A stretch of 64,000 nucleotides of DNA from Rhodobacteraceae bacterium PARR1. GTDB lineage: Bacteria; Pseudomonadota; Alphaproteobacteria; Rhodobacterales; Rhodobacteraceae. Numbering within the stretch: position 1 is the first letter of the stretch; each line of letters opens with the position of its first letter. The stretch covers positions 16,207-80,206 of the forward strand of contig NKIT01000001.1 of NCBI GenBank assembly GCA_002256185.1, given 5' to 3'. The notes under the pieces were generated by a model. It did not search any database. It had not been told where the DNA came from and was given only the letters and a program-made list of their open reading frames with translations. The position numbers and the translations under genes were made by a program. This document shows, piece after piece, positions 48,637 to 56,992 of the stretch.

Positions 48637-49398
48637 TCAGGTCTCATAGGGCCAGGGGGCCTGCGAAAAGACACCGCCATCCACCCACAGGGTCTGCCCC
48701 GTCACGAATGACGCGGCGGCTGAGCAGAAGAACAGCACCACATCCGCAATATCCTGTGGCGTGCCCACCCTGCGCAGGGGCGTGATCTTGGACCATGTGC
48801 CTGCGTAATCGCCCGCCTCGGTCGCGGTGCGTTCGGTGGCGATGGCACCGGGGGCCACGCAATTGACGCGGATGCCCATCGGCCCCAGTTCCACCGCGGC
48901 GGATTTGGTGAATTGCTCGATCCCGCCCTTCGACGCGGTGTAGTCGACCAACCGGGGGAAGGCCACCTTGTTGCAACCCGACCCCAGATTGATGATGGAC
49001 CCGCCTTGCCCACCGGCTGCCATCAGGCGGCCTGCGGCTTGGGTGTTCAGAAACGTGCCGCGCAGATTGGTACGGATCACGCGGTCCCAGTCATCCACCG
49101 ACAGATCGAGCAAGCCCGACCACGTCTGAATGCCCGCATTGTTGACCAGCACCAAAGGTGCCGCCCCGGCCCAATCAGCCGCACGGGCATGAAAAGCGGT
49201 GACCTGATCGGCGTCACCTGCGTCCACTTCTGCTGTCAGACAGCGGCGGCCCAAGGCCTGCACCTGCGCTGCAACCTCATCCGCGAGGGCCGCGCTGCCG
49301 ATATGGGTCAGCGCCACATCATGTCCCGCCCCGGCCAGCGCGGTCACAAGATGCCGCCCGATGGCCGAAGTCCCTGCCGTCACGATTGCCAAAGCCAT
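48637..49398 (-). CDS. SDR-family oxidoreductase
   Basis: Start MALAIVTAGTSAIGR at 49398. NNAG and YTASKGG motifs. Confidence 0.85.
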   Translation of the reverse strand: MALAIVTAGTSAIGRHLVTALAGAGHDVALTHIGSAALADEVAAQVQALGRRCLTAEVDAGDADQVTAFHARAADWAGAAPLVLVNNAGIQTWSGLLDLSVDDWDRVIRTNLRGTFLNTQAAGRLMAAGGQGGSIINLGSGCNKVAFPRLVDYTASKGGIEQFTKSAAVELGPMGIRVNCVAPGAIATERTATEAGDYAGTWSKITPLRRVGTPQDIADVVLFFCSAAASFVTGQTLWVDGGVFSQAPWPYET

Positions 49399-49479
49399 CT
49401 CTGCCCCCGCCTTGCCCCGCAAGTATGGTTTAGGGCCGACACGCGCCCTGTGCCAGCCCCAAGCGATGCAGAATCGCGC

Positions 49480-50118
49480 CTACACGATGCCGGTGGACAA
49501 CGCGATGATCGCGGCCTGTGTGCGATTGCTTGCGCGCAATTTGGCGCAGACGGCGCGGACATACATCTTCACCGTCACCTCGGTCAGCGACAGCGATTGG
49601 GCGATGTCCTTGTTGGTGGACCCTTCGCAAATGCCGCGCAGAACCTGCCGTTCACGCTGAGACAGTTGCATATCCACGGACGCACCTTCGGTGCGCGCCG
49701 CCGGCAGCGCCATGGTCGAGGGGAAGTAGGTCTCACCCGCCGCGACAAAGCGCAAGGCGGCAGCGAGCGATTTTGGCGACAGGGTCTTGGGCACATAGCC
49801 CGCCGCACCCAGTTCCAGCGCGCGCATCGCGGCCTCTTGCCGGGCTTGCCCGGAAAACAGCACCACCCGGCCCGGCGCGTTGGCGTGAACCGCCCGCTCC
49901 AACCCGCCAAGACCGCCCATCCCCGGCATGTCGAGGTCCAGAAGAACCACGTCGAAATGCCCTTTTTCGGCAATCGCCTCGAGGGCCGAGTCCAATGTAT
50001 CGGCCCGTTGAACCGCAAAGCCGCCATCATGATGCAAGAACAATTGGACGGTTTCAGACAAAAGCTTGTGGTCGTCGGCAACAAGGACCGAGATTGTCTG
50101 CGACTTGTGATCTTCCAT
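49480..50118 (-). CDS. LuxR/NarL-family response regulator
   Basis: Start MEDHKSQTISVLVADDH at 50118. Receiver domain (DVVLLDLDMPGMGG) plus a C-terminal LuxR HTH (LSQRERQVLRGICEGSTNKDIAQSLSLTEVTVKMY). Confidence 0.88.
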   Translation of the reverse strand: MEDHKSQTISVLVADDHKLLSETVQLFLHHDGGFAVQRADTLDSALEAIAEKGHFDVVLLDLDMPGMGGLGGLERAVHANAPGRVVLFSGQARQEAAMRALELGAAGYVPKTLSPKSLAAALRFVAAGETYFPSTMALPAARTEGASVDMQLSQRERQVLRGICEGSTNKDIAQSLSLTEVTVKMYVRAVCAKLRASNRTQAAIIALSTGIV

Positions 50119-50138
50119 GGATACGCCTTGCATGTCCG

Positions 50139-50168
50139 GGGCCGCCACCGGGGGCGGCCTTTGTTTTG
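50139..50168 (+). terminator. Orphan terminator-like hairpin on the plus strand, in the response-regulator leader
   Basis: Stem ggccgcc/ggcggcc (50140-50146 / 50153-50159), loop accggg, then TTTGTTTT (50160-50167). No plus-strand gene ends here. Confidence 0.4.
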
Positions 50169-50497
50169 GTGGGGGATGGGGGAACCTGTGCACCTGCGAT
50201 TCAAACTGGATAGGCAGATGCAAAGAGAAACTCACATACTGTGTCGAAGGACCGTCCAGCCCGTCGCACCAGAGACTTGAACGCAGGCAACCTGCCCCGC
50301 TGTTTGGCGCTGTGCCGGATCACGACACGCTGCGCCTAAACTACTTGCCGAAATGTCCGTTTTTAAATGTCTCTTGCAAGCTCAAGAAAATGTGGTCCGC
50401 CCAGTCATAGGCACAAGACCTCGCCATAAGTATGGAGTGTCGCCCCTACTGAGTGCGCCATGTTCGCAAGAGATGCCGGTTTTGCGACCATGTGGGG

Positions 50498-51382
50498 TCA
50501 GGAATTTCCTGACATGCGCCCGTAATACAGCCCGACGACATGCTCGGCCTCGGCAAAGAACAGCCAGCGCTGCGCCATGGCACCCGCCAGATGCGCCGCC
50601 CCGCCAAGGATCAGCGCAGGCAGGACCGGCAAGACAAGGGTGGCAAGGGCCGGAATCCCCGCCGCAAGGACCAGCGCGATCACGCGCAATTTGGCGGCAT
50701 GGCGGCGACCGACCGTGAAAATCATCTCGCGCATCAGGTAATTGCCGCCGGTGTGGGGCTGTTCAAAGACCTGCGGACGTCCCAATCCCGACAAGCCCGT
50801 GGCAGAGGCCAGATCGACGCCTGCCCGCGCGAAAGCGCTGTCGCCGATCCGCCAGCCATAGGCCAGCAGCCCCCCAAGCCCAAGACAAGCCACCGCCGCC
50901 CAAAGCCCGGACCCGGCAAGGATCAGCCCGCCGGTCAGGGAAAAGGCGATATAGGTGACAGGCACCGTCCAATGGTGCCAGCGCGGCACGGTCTTGAGTT
51001 GGGCATAGATCATCCCTGTGCAGAGCACCGTCGCCGCGCAGCCCACGGCACCAAGCACACCGAACCCCTGCCCCCAGCCCAAGCCCAGCCAATCCGACAG
51101 CGCCTGTGGGGCGAGGATCAGCAAGGTTGCCACGGCCGCCACGCCCTCACGGCTCAGCCAGCTTGACCGCCATTGGCTGAACGCCCGCCATGCGCGTTCC
51201 GGGTGGCCCAAATGAAAGGTGGATGAGAGCAGCCCCCCGACGGCGAATGCATAGCCAAAGGCCCAGTGGAAAAACGCAGGCCAACCTTGTGTTGCGATCA
51301 GCCCAAGGCCCAGCAGCGCCAGAAAGCCAAAGCCCAAGCCTGAGAGGGTAGAGAACAGGATGACAGAGGGTGCAGGCTTCAA
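50498..51382 (-). CDS. soeC: DmsC/NrfD-like membrane anchor subunit of a DMSO-reductase-family complex (SoeC-like)
   Basis: 294 aa with about 8 hydrophobic helices. 4-nt overlap with the Fe-S subunit gene. Confidence 0.72.
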   Translation of the reverse strand: MKPAPSVILFSTLSGLGFGFLALLGLGLIATQGWPAFFHWAFGYAFAVGGLLSSTFHLGHPERAWRAFSQWRSSWLSREGVAAVATLLILAPQALSDWLGLGWGQGFGVLGAVGCAATVLCTGMIYAQLKTVPRWHHWTVPVTYIAFSLTGGLILAGSGLWAAVACLGLGGLLAYGWRIGDSAFARAGVDLASATGLSGLGRPQVFEQPHTGGNYLMREMIFTVGRRHAAKLRVIALVLAAGIPALATLVLPVLPALILGGAAHLAGAMAQRWLFFAEAEHVVGLYYGRMSGNS

Positions 51383-52122
51383 TCCAGTTTCCCCAACATA
51401 CGGTCCAACCAGCCCGCCAGCCCCTGCGCCTTGATGTCCAGAAGCGGGGCCAGAAGGCTCGCCTCTTCGGGCCGGTCCTTGGGGCGGGGCGGCAGGTAGC
51501 GGTTGACGGGTTTGGTGCCCAATTGCGGCATCAAGGGCACGCCGCCGCGATCCCGGGTCAGTTTGCTGACGGTGCTGTCGGGGTCCGCGAAATCACCGAA
51601 ATGCCGCGCGCCGGTGGGACAGGTGCGCACGCAGGCAGGCTCGCGGTCCTCTTCGGGCAGGTTCTCGTTATAGATGCGGTCGACGCAAAGGGTGCATTTC
51701 TTCATCACCTGCGCCTCAGCGTCCATCTCGCGCGCGCCGTAAGGGCAGGCCCAAGCGCAGAGCCCGCAGCCGATGCAGGCGTCCTCGTTCACCAGCACGA
51801 TGCCGTCTTCGCTGCGCTTGTAGCTGGCCCCGGTGGGGCAGACGGTGACGCAGGGCGCGTCCTCGCAGTGCAGGCAGGATCGGGGGAAGTTCACGATCTT
51901 GGCCGTGCCGCCGTCATGCGGGGTGACCTGATAGGAATGGACGCGGTTCAGGAAGGTGCCCGACGGGTCCGCGCCGTAAGGGTCTTGATCCGACAGCGCC
52001 GCGCCATAGCCCTGATCGTTCCAGCCCTTGCAGGCGGTGACGCAGGCCTGACAGCCCACGCAGGTGTCAAGGTCGACGACAAGGCCGAGCTTTTTGTCGG
52101 TGTGGGCGGGAAGGCAGGTCAT
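51379..52122 (-). CDS. soeB: Four-cluster 4Fe-4S ferredoxin subunit (DmsB family; SoeB-like)
   Basis: 247 aa. CVGCQACVTAC, CLHCEDAPCVTVCP, CIGCGLCAWACP, and CTLCVDR...CVRTCP. Confidence 0.8.
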   Translation of the reverse strand: MTCLPAHTDKKLGLVVDLDTCVGCQACVTACKGWNDQGYGAALSDQDPYGADPSGTFLNRVHSYQVTPHDGGTAKIVNFPRSCLHCEDAPCVTVCPTGASYKRSEDGIVLVNEDACIGCGLCAWACPYGAREMDAEAQVMKKCTLCVDRIYNENLPEEDREPACVRTCPTGARHFGDFADPDSTVSKLTRDRGGVPLMPQLGTKPVNRYLPPRPKDRPEEASLLAPLLDIKAQGLAGWLDRMLGKLD

Positions 52123-52339
52123 GGTTTCGATCCTTCACGCCGTTGGCCAAGGGGCGCGCACGCACCGCGGGGTGGGTGCACATATATGTGCGCCCGCCCC
52201 CCGTTCAGACTCTGCGGGGCGGTGCGGGCGCGCCCCGATGCTTTGGGCATCGGGGCAATCCCTGTCGTTGCGCCTTTGGAGAAGGCACCCAGCAGTGCGG
52301 GCGCGCCCCTTTGGCTAGGTTCCGAAACCGAAAATGACA
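52123..52339. repeat. Structured GC-rich intergenic insert between soeA and soeB
   Basis: Perfect palindrome GCACATATATGTGC (52178-52191). Hairpin ccccgatgc/gcatcgggg (52233-52241 / 52247-52255). 15-nt direct repeat GTGCGGGCGCGCCCC at 52222-52236 and 52295-52309. Confidence 0.7.
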
Positions 52340-55114
52340 TCACCGCCCCTCCCCCTTCGGCACGACCCTTGGCAGGGTGTCGAACTGCGGCTGGGCTTTC
52401 GCTTGCGGCCCCACCCGTTCAATCCTCACCCGCAGGTCAAACCACGCCGCCTGACCCGTCACCGGATCGGAATTGGACCAGCGCCGCCCGTCGCCGCGCT
52501 CGGGCAAAAGCTCAGAGATCAGGTGGTTCAGCAAGAACCCCTCTTTCGCCTCCGAAGCCCCGTCATCCAACGCCCAAGCGCCCTTGCGCTTGCCGATGGC
52601 GTTCCATGTCCAGACCGTATCAGCATTCAGCGCCGCCATATGGGCGACAGGCACAGTGATCTCCCCATGCGGAGACGTGACCCGCGCGTAATCCCCGTCA
52701 ACAAAGCCCTCAGCCGTCCAAATCTTTGTCGGCAGATAGAGGAAATTCTTCCCCCGGATTTGCCGCAGCCACGCGTTTTGCGATCCCCAGGAATGATACA
52801 TATCCATCGGGCGCTGGGTCAGGGCGTGCACCGGAAACTCCGCAGCCCCCTCATCGCCATATGCCGGATACCACAGCGGCAGCGGGTCCATCGCCACCTT
52901 CAACCGTTCGCGCAAGTGATCCGGCGGCTGGATAAACCCCTGCCCTTCGGCCGCAAGTTGAAAGCGCCGCATCGGTTCGGACCAGATGTTAAAGAGATAG
53001 GGCTGCGGCGTTTCATAAAACGAGGTCGCCACCGCCCAATCCTGATAGGCGGCGTTCCACGGTTTCATGTAGCTGGCCTCTTCGGGCACATGGGCCTGAT
53101 GGAAACCGCCGTTTTCGATATAGCGCGCCAGTTGGTCGGGGTTCGGCTCCCCCCTGCCGGTCTTGCTGCCATCGCCGCGCCAGCCGATCAGCGGCCCCAC
53201 GCCGGGGCGGCGCTGGTGGTTCACGATGTAATCGGCGTAATCCTTGAACTTTGCGCTGCCATCGGGATTGACCATCCCCGGCAGACCGAGCCTTGCCCCA
53301 AGATCGAGCAAGACCGACTGGAACCCGCGCACATCACGATCCGCTTCAACCACCGGCCAGCGGATGCTGTCCCCCGCCGCATCGGGTTCACTGATGGGGC
53401 GGTCCAAGAGGCTGATGCAATCATGCCGTTCCAGATAGGTGGTGTCGGGCAGGATCAGATCGGCATAGGCCACCATCTCGGAGGCATAGGCATCGGAATA
53501 GATGATGCGCGGGATGACGTATTCGCCATCCGGCCCCTTGTCGGTCAGCATCTCCATGACCTTGGTGGTATTCATCGACGAATTCCACGCCATGTTCGCC
53601 ATATAAAGAAACAGCGTGTCGATGCGGTAGGGATCGCCAGCATGAGCGTTCGGGATCACCATATGCATCATGCCATGGGCAGAGAACGGGTTCTCCCATG
53701 TAAACGCCTTGTCGATGCGCCAGGGCGTGCCATCCTCTTTCAGCGCAAGGTTTTCCGGCCCCCGCACATAGCCCAGATGCGGACCAGAGAGCGGCTTGCC
53801 CGGTGCGGTGACGAAATGCGGTGTCGGATGCGCCTCAACCGGCTTCGGGTATGGCGGCTTCAGCCGATAGCCCCCCGGAACCTCAACCGCGCCCAGAACG
53901 ATCTGCAACAGATGCAGCGCGCGGGCGGTCTGAAAGCCGTTGGAATGGGCCGATATCCCGCGCATGGCGTGGAAACTGACCGGGCGGCCCACCATGTGGT
54001 CATGCGTGTCGCCGCGAAAATCGGTCCATTTGATCGGCAGGGTAAAGGCTTGGTCAAAGGCCGCACGCGACAGTTCGGCGGCCAGCCCCCGGATACGGGC
54101 GGCGGGGATGCCGACCTGATCGGCGATGGCCTCGGGTTTGTAGTCGTCCGACAGATAGCGTTCCGCCATATGCTGGAACACGGTGCGGTGACCCTGCCAG
54201 ACCGCGCCAAGGTCAGGCTCTACCCCCTGCCCATCCCAAGGCGCCGGCATGCCGGTGCGGCGGTCGATCACGAAGGGCTGGCTTTCGGCGTTCTTGAGGA
54301 TCAGCCCCTTTTCCGGCCCCTCGGCCCCGTTCACCAGCAAGGGCGCATTGGTCCAACGCGAAAGGTAGTCGAGGTCGATCTTCCCCGCCTCCATCAGGCA
54401 ATGGATCAAGGACAGGATCAGCAGCCCATCGGTGCCGGGGGTGATGCCATACCAATCATCGGCCACGGCGTTATAGCCGGTGCGGATCGGGTTGATGCCG
54501 ATGACCTTGCCACCACGCGCTTTCAGCTTGCCGATGCCGATCTTGATCGGGTTGCTGTCGTGATCTTCGGCCACGCCGAACAGCACGAACAGGTTGGTGT
54601 GCTTCCAATCCGGCTGGCCAAACTCCCAAAACGCGCCGCCGATGGTGTAGATTCCCGCCGCCGCCATGTTGACCGAACAAAACCCGCCATGCGCGGCATA
54701 GTTCGGCGTCCCGTAAGCCTGCGCCCACCAACCAGTCAGTGATTGCGACTGATCCCGCCCCGTGAAGAACGCCAGCTTTTCGGGTGCGGTTTCGCGCAGC
54801 GGCTTCATCCATGAGACCGCCAAGTCCAGCGCCTCATCCCAGCTTATCGGCTCAAACGCCCCAGACCCGCGCGGCCCCACCCGCCGCAGCGGCGTTTGCA
54901 GACGCGACGGTGCCGTGACCTGCATGATGCCCGACGCCCCCTTGGCGCAGAGCACGCCCTTGTTCACCGGATGGTCGCGGTTGCCTTCGATATAGCTGAC
55001 CTTGCCAGAGGTCAGATGCACGTTGATGCCGCAGCGGCAGGCGCACATGTAGCAGGTGGTCTTGCGGATTTCGTCCGAGACTTTGGGTGAGGTGTCGATC
55101 TTCGGCTGTCCCAT
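52340..55114 (-). CDS. soeA: Molybdopterin (bis-MGD) oxidoreductase catalytic subunit without a Tat signal (SoeA-like cytoplasmic sulfite dehydrogenase)
   Basis: Start MGQPKIDTSPKVSDEIRKTTCYMCACRCG at 55114, with GGGGGAG upstream and 2 nt after the ackA stop. N-terminal CxxCxxxC...C cluster motif. No twin-arginine leader. 924 aa. Confidence 0.78.
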   Translation of the reverse strand: MGQPKIDTSPKVSDEIRKTTCYMCACRCGINVHLTSGKVSYIEGNRDHPVNKGVLCAKGASGIMQVTAPSRLQTPLRRVGPRGSGAFEPISWDEALDLAVSWMKPLRETAPEKLAFFTGRDQSQSLTGWWAQAYGTPNYAAHGGFCSVNMAAAGIYTIGGAFWEFGQPDWKHTNLFVLFGVAEDHDSNPIKIGIGKLKARGGKVIGINPIRTGYNAVADDWYGITPGTDGLLILSLIHCLMEAGKIDLDYLSRWTNAPLLVNGAEGPEKGLILKNAESQPFVIDRRTGMPAPWDGQGVEPDLGAVWQGHRTVFQHMAERYLSDDYKPEAIADQVGIPAARIRGLAAELSRAAFDQAFTLPIKWTDFRGDTHDHMVGRPVSFHAMRGISAHSNGFQTARALHLLQIVLGAVEVPGGYRLKPPYPKPVEAHPTPHFVTAPGKPLSGPHLGYVRGPENLALKEDGTPWRIDKAFTWENPFSAHGMMHMVIPNAHAGDPYRIDTLFLYMANMAWNSSMNTTKVMEMLTDKGPDGEYVIPRIIYSDAYASEMVAYADLILPDTTYLERHDCISLLDRPISEPDAAGDSIRWPVVEADRDVRGFQSVLLDLGARLGLPGMVNPDGSAKFKDYADYIVNHQRRPGVGPLIGWRGDGSKTGRGEPNPDQLARYIENGGFHQAHVPEEASYMKPWNAAYQDWAVATSFYETPQPYLFNIWSEPMRRFQLAAEGQGFIQPPDHLRERLKVAMDPLPLWYPAYGDEGAAEFPVHALTQRPMDMYHSWGSQNAWLRQIRGKNFLYLPTKIWTAEGFVDGDYARVTSPHGEITVPVAHMAALNADTVWTWNAIGKRKGAWALDDGASEAKEGFLLNHLISELLPERGDGRRWSNSDPVTGQAAWFDLRVRIERVGPQAKAQPQFDTLPRVVPKGEGR

Positions 55115-55116
55115 CG

Positions 55117-56247
55117 TCACTCCCCCGCCGCGATCAGGGCCAAAGCCTCTGCCGCGATCTGTGCCTCTTCCATTGCCGGAACGATCCATGCGGTGATGCG
55201 CGACCCTTCGGCATGCAGCCGGGGTATGCCCCGGTCATTGGCGGCATGGTCCAGCGAGAGGCCGATGAAGTCCAGCCCCGACAGGATGTTACGCCGCACT
55301 TTGGAATCGTTTTCTCCGATCCCCCCGGTGAAACAGAGGGCATCCACCCCACCCATCGCCGCAATCAGCGATCCGGCATGGCGCAGCGCCCAGTAGCAGA
55401 AATGATCCACCGCAAAAGCCGCCTCTGGCGTGCCTGCCCCATGCAAGGCGCGCATGTCCGACGCCCCGCCCAGCCCCAAAAGCCCGGATTCGCGATTGAG
55501 GATGCGGCCCGCCTCGGCGATCCCGAACACCTCGGCCAGCCGCAGCACGGCATTGCCGTCGATGCCCCCGGTGCGACTGCCCATGGTCAGACCGTCCAGC
55601 GGGGAATAGCCCATGGACGTTGCCACAGATTGCCCGTCCAGAATGGCACAGATCGAGGCCCCATTGCCCAGATGCAGCGCCAGCACGCGGCGCGGCAGGG
55701 CTTCGCCGGTCAGCGCGGGCAAACGGGCGGTCAGGCTGGCGTAACTCAGGCCGTGAAAGCCATACCGCTTGATCCCCAAGCCTTCGGCCCGCTGCGGCAG
55801 GGCGTAGCGGCGGGCGACATCGGGGTTGGTGGCGTGAAAGGCGGTGTCAAAGCTGGCGTATTGCGGCAGGTCCGGCGTCAGCGCCTGCAAGGCGCGAATG
55901 CCGCTCAGGTTCGCGGGGTTGTGCAAGGGGGCCAGCGCAATGCAGGCCGCGATCCCCTGCGCCACAGAATCCGTCACGCGGCAGGGTGAGACGAACAGAT
56001 CGCCGCCATGCACCACCCGATGCGCCGCTGCGGACAGCGAGGTGACAGGCATCGGCAAAGCCTCAAGGATCAGCGCCATCGCTGCCGCATGATCCGGCGC
56101 GTTGACCGCCTGCGACGGCCCCACCCCGTCCAGCCGCGCCGCGCCGCCAATCTCGGTCACGCGCAGGGCAGCGCGTTCGGTCAGATCAGCAGCAAAGACC
56201 GCCGCCTTGAGGCTGGATGACCCCGCATTGACCACCAGCACCACCAT
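55117..56247 (-). CDS. ackA: Acetate (propionate) kinase
   Basis: 376 aa. VVNAGSSSLK, HRVVHGG, PLHNP, FDTAFH, YGFHGLSY, HLGNGAS and FTGGIGEN motifs. Confidence 0.92.
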   Translation of the reverse strand: MVVLVVNAGSSSLKAAVFAADLTERAALRVTEIGGAARLDGVGPSQAVNAPDHAAAMALILEALPMPVTSLSAAAHRVVHGGDLFVSPCRVTDSVAQGIAACIALAPLHNPANLSGIRALQALTPDLPQYASFDTAFHATNPDVARRYALPQRAEGLGIKRYGFHGLSYASLTARLPALTGEALPRRVLALHLGNGASICAILDGQSVATSMGYSPLDGLTMGSRTGGIDGNAVLRLAEVFGIAEAGRILNRESGLLGLGGASDMRALHGAGTPEAAFAVDHFCYWALRHAGSLIAAMGGVDALCFTGGIGENDSKVRRNILSGLDFIGLSLDHAANDRGIPRLHAEGSRITAWIVPAMEEAQIAAEALALIAAGE

Positions 56248-56248
56248 G

Positions 56249-56992
56249 TCACAGCACCGCCTTCATCAGACCCATCGCCGCCAGCCCCGCCAGCAACACA
56301 ATGGCAAAGCGGCGGAACTCTTGCGGGTCGGTGTTCAGGAAATGCCGACTGCCCAGCCAGTTGCCAAGAAAGGTCAGCGGCAACAGCAACAAAGCCGCCC
56401 AAAGCGTGTCCCACGACACCAGCCCATGCCAGTAATACAAGGGCGCGGAATACAGGTCCAACAGCGGGAAATAGGCGATCAGCGTCGCGCGGAACACATT
56501 GGCCTGTATCGGTTGCGCGGCAAAGAATGCAGCAATCGGCAAGCCGCCCATCCCCGGCGCATTCGCTAGGCCCGACAGGATGCCCATCCCGAAATTCGGT
56601 GCACCCCGCACCTCAGACTTCAAACGCCAACCGGCCAGCAGGATCAGGCACATCACCAGCACGTAAGCCGAGATCACCGCCCGCGCCGCATCCTCAGAGA
56701 TGCCCGTCAGCGCCCAGAGGCCCAGCGGCAGACCAATCGCCGCCCCGGCCAGCAAAAGCCAGACCCGACGCCAATCCACATCCTGCGCCACACCGCGCGC
56801 CGCTTGCAGCGACATCGCGGTTTCAAGGATCACCACCACGGCGACAAAGTTCAGCGGATTGGTCACCAGACTCGACGCCGCAATCAGCAGCGCCGAATAG
56901 CCGAACCCCGAATAGCCCCGGATGAAGGCGGCGATACTGACCGCCACCGCCATCCAGATCGTCCCGGCAAGGGACAGATCAAAGGGCATCAA
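56249..56992 (-). CDS. tauE: TauE/SafE-family sulfite/organosulfonate exporter (DUF81)
   Basis: 247 aa with 7-8 helices and an internal duplication typical of TauE/SafE. The start overlaps the xsc stop (ATGA). The stop is 1 nt before the ackA start. Confidence 0.8.
   Translation of the reverse strand: MMPFDLSLAGTIWMAVAVSIAAFIRGYSGFGYSALLIAASSLVTNPLNFVAVVVILETAMSLQAARGVAQDVDWRRVWLLLAGAAIGLPLGLWALTGISEDAARAVISAYVLVMCLILLAGWRLKSEVRGAPNFGMGILSGLANAPGMGGLPIAAFFAAQPIQANVFRATLIAYFPLLDLYSAPLYYWHGLVSWDTLWAALLLLPLTFLGNWLGSRHFLNTDPQEFRRFAIVLLAGLAAMGLMKAVL

Noticed and set aside
46978-50118. The histidine kinase - SDR - LuxR regulator trio as a possible unusual three-component system.
   Set aside because: The SDR is an ordinary-looking classical SDR with its own start. 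Intergenic gaps (106 and 82 bp) allow independent transcription. Nothing in the sequence links it functionally to the two-component pair.
27001-50280. A further set of long antisense ORFs: 27001..28032, 28072..29280, 29752..30921, 31701..33074, 33026..33910, 34918..36192, 36252..37469, 38700..40163, 41679..43454, 43614..44945 and 48913..50280. Also 61413..62720, which lies outside the listed range.
   Set aside because: Each lies opposite a gene with strong family motifs (ABC components, rha genes, hydroxyproline genes, SDRs, ureohydrolase). Each has the arginine/glycine/proline-rich composition expected from reading GC-rich codons backwards. None has an independent RBS/start context or a recognisable domain.
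52334-54742. An 802-aa plus-strand ORF, the longest unassigned ORF in the track.
   Set aside because: It is antisense to the molybdopterin oxidoreductase (soeA-like) gene. Composition is strongly R/P/G/H-biased and no domain motif is present. It is a shadow ORF.
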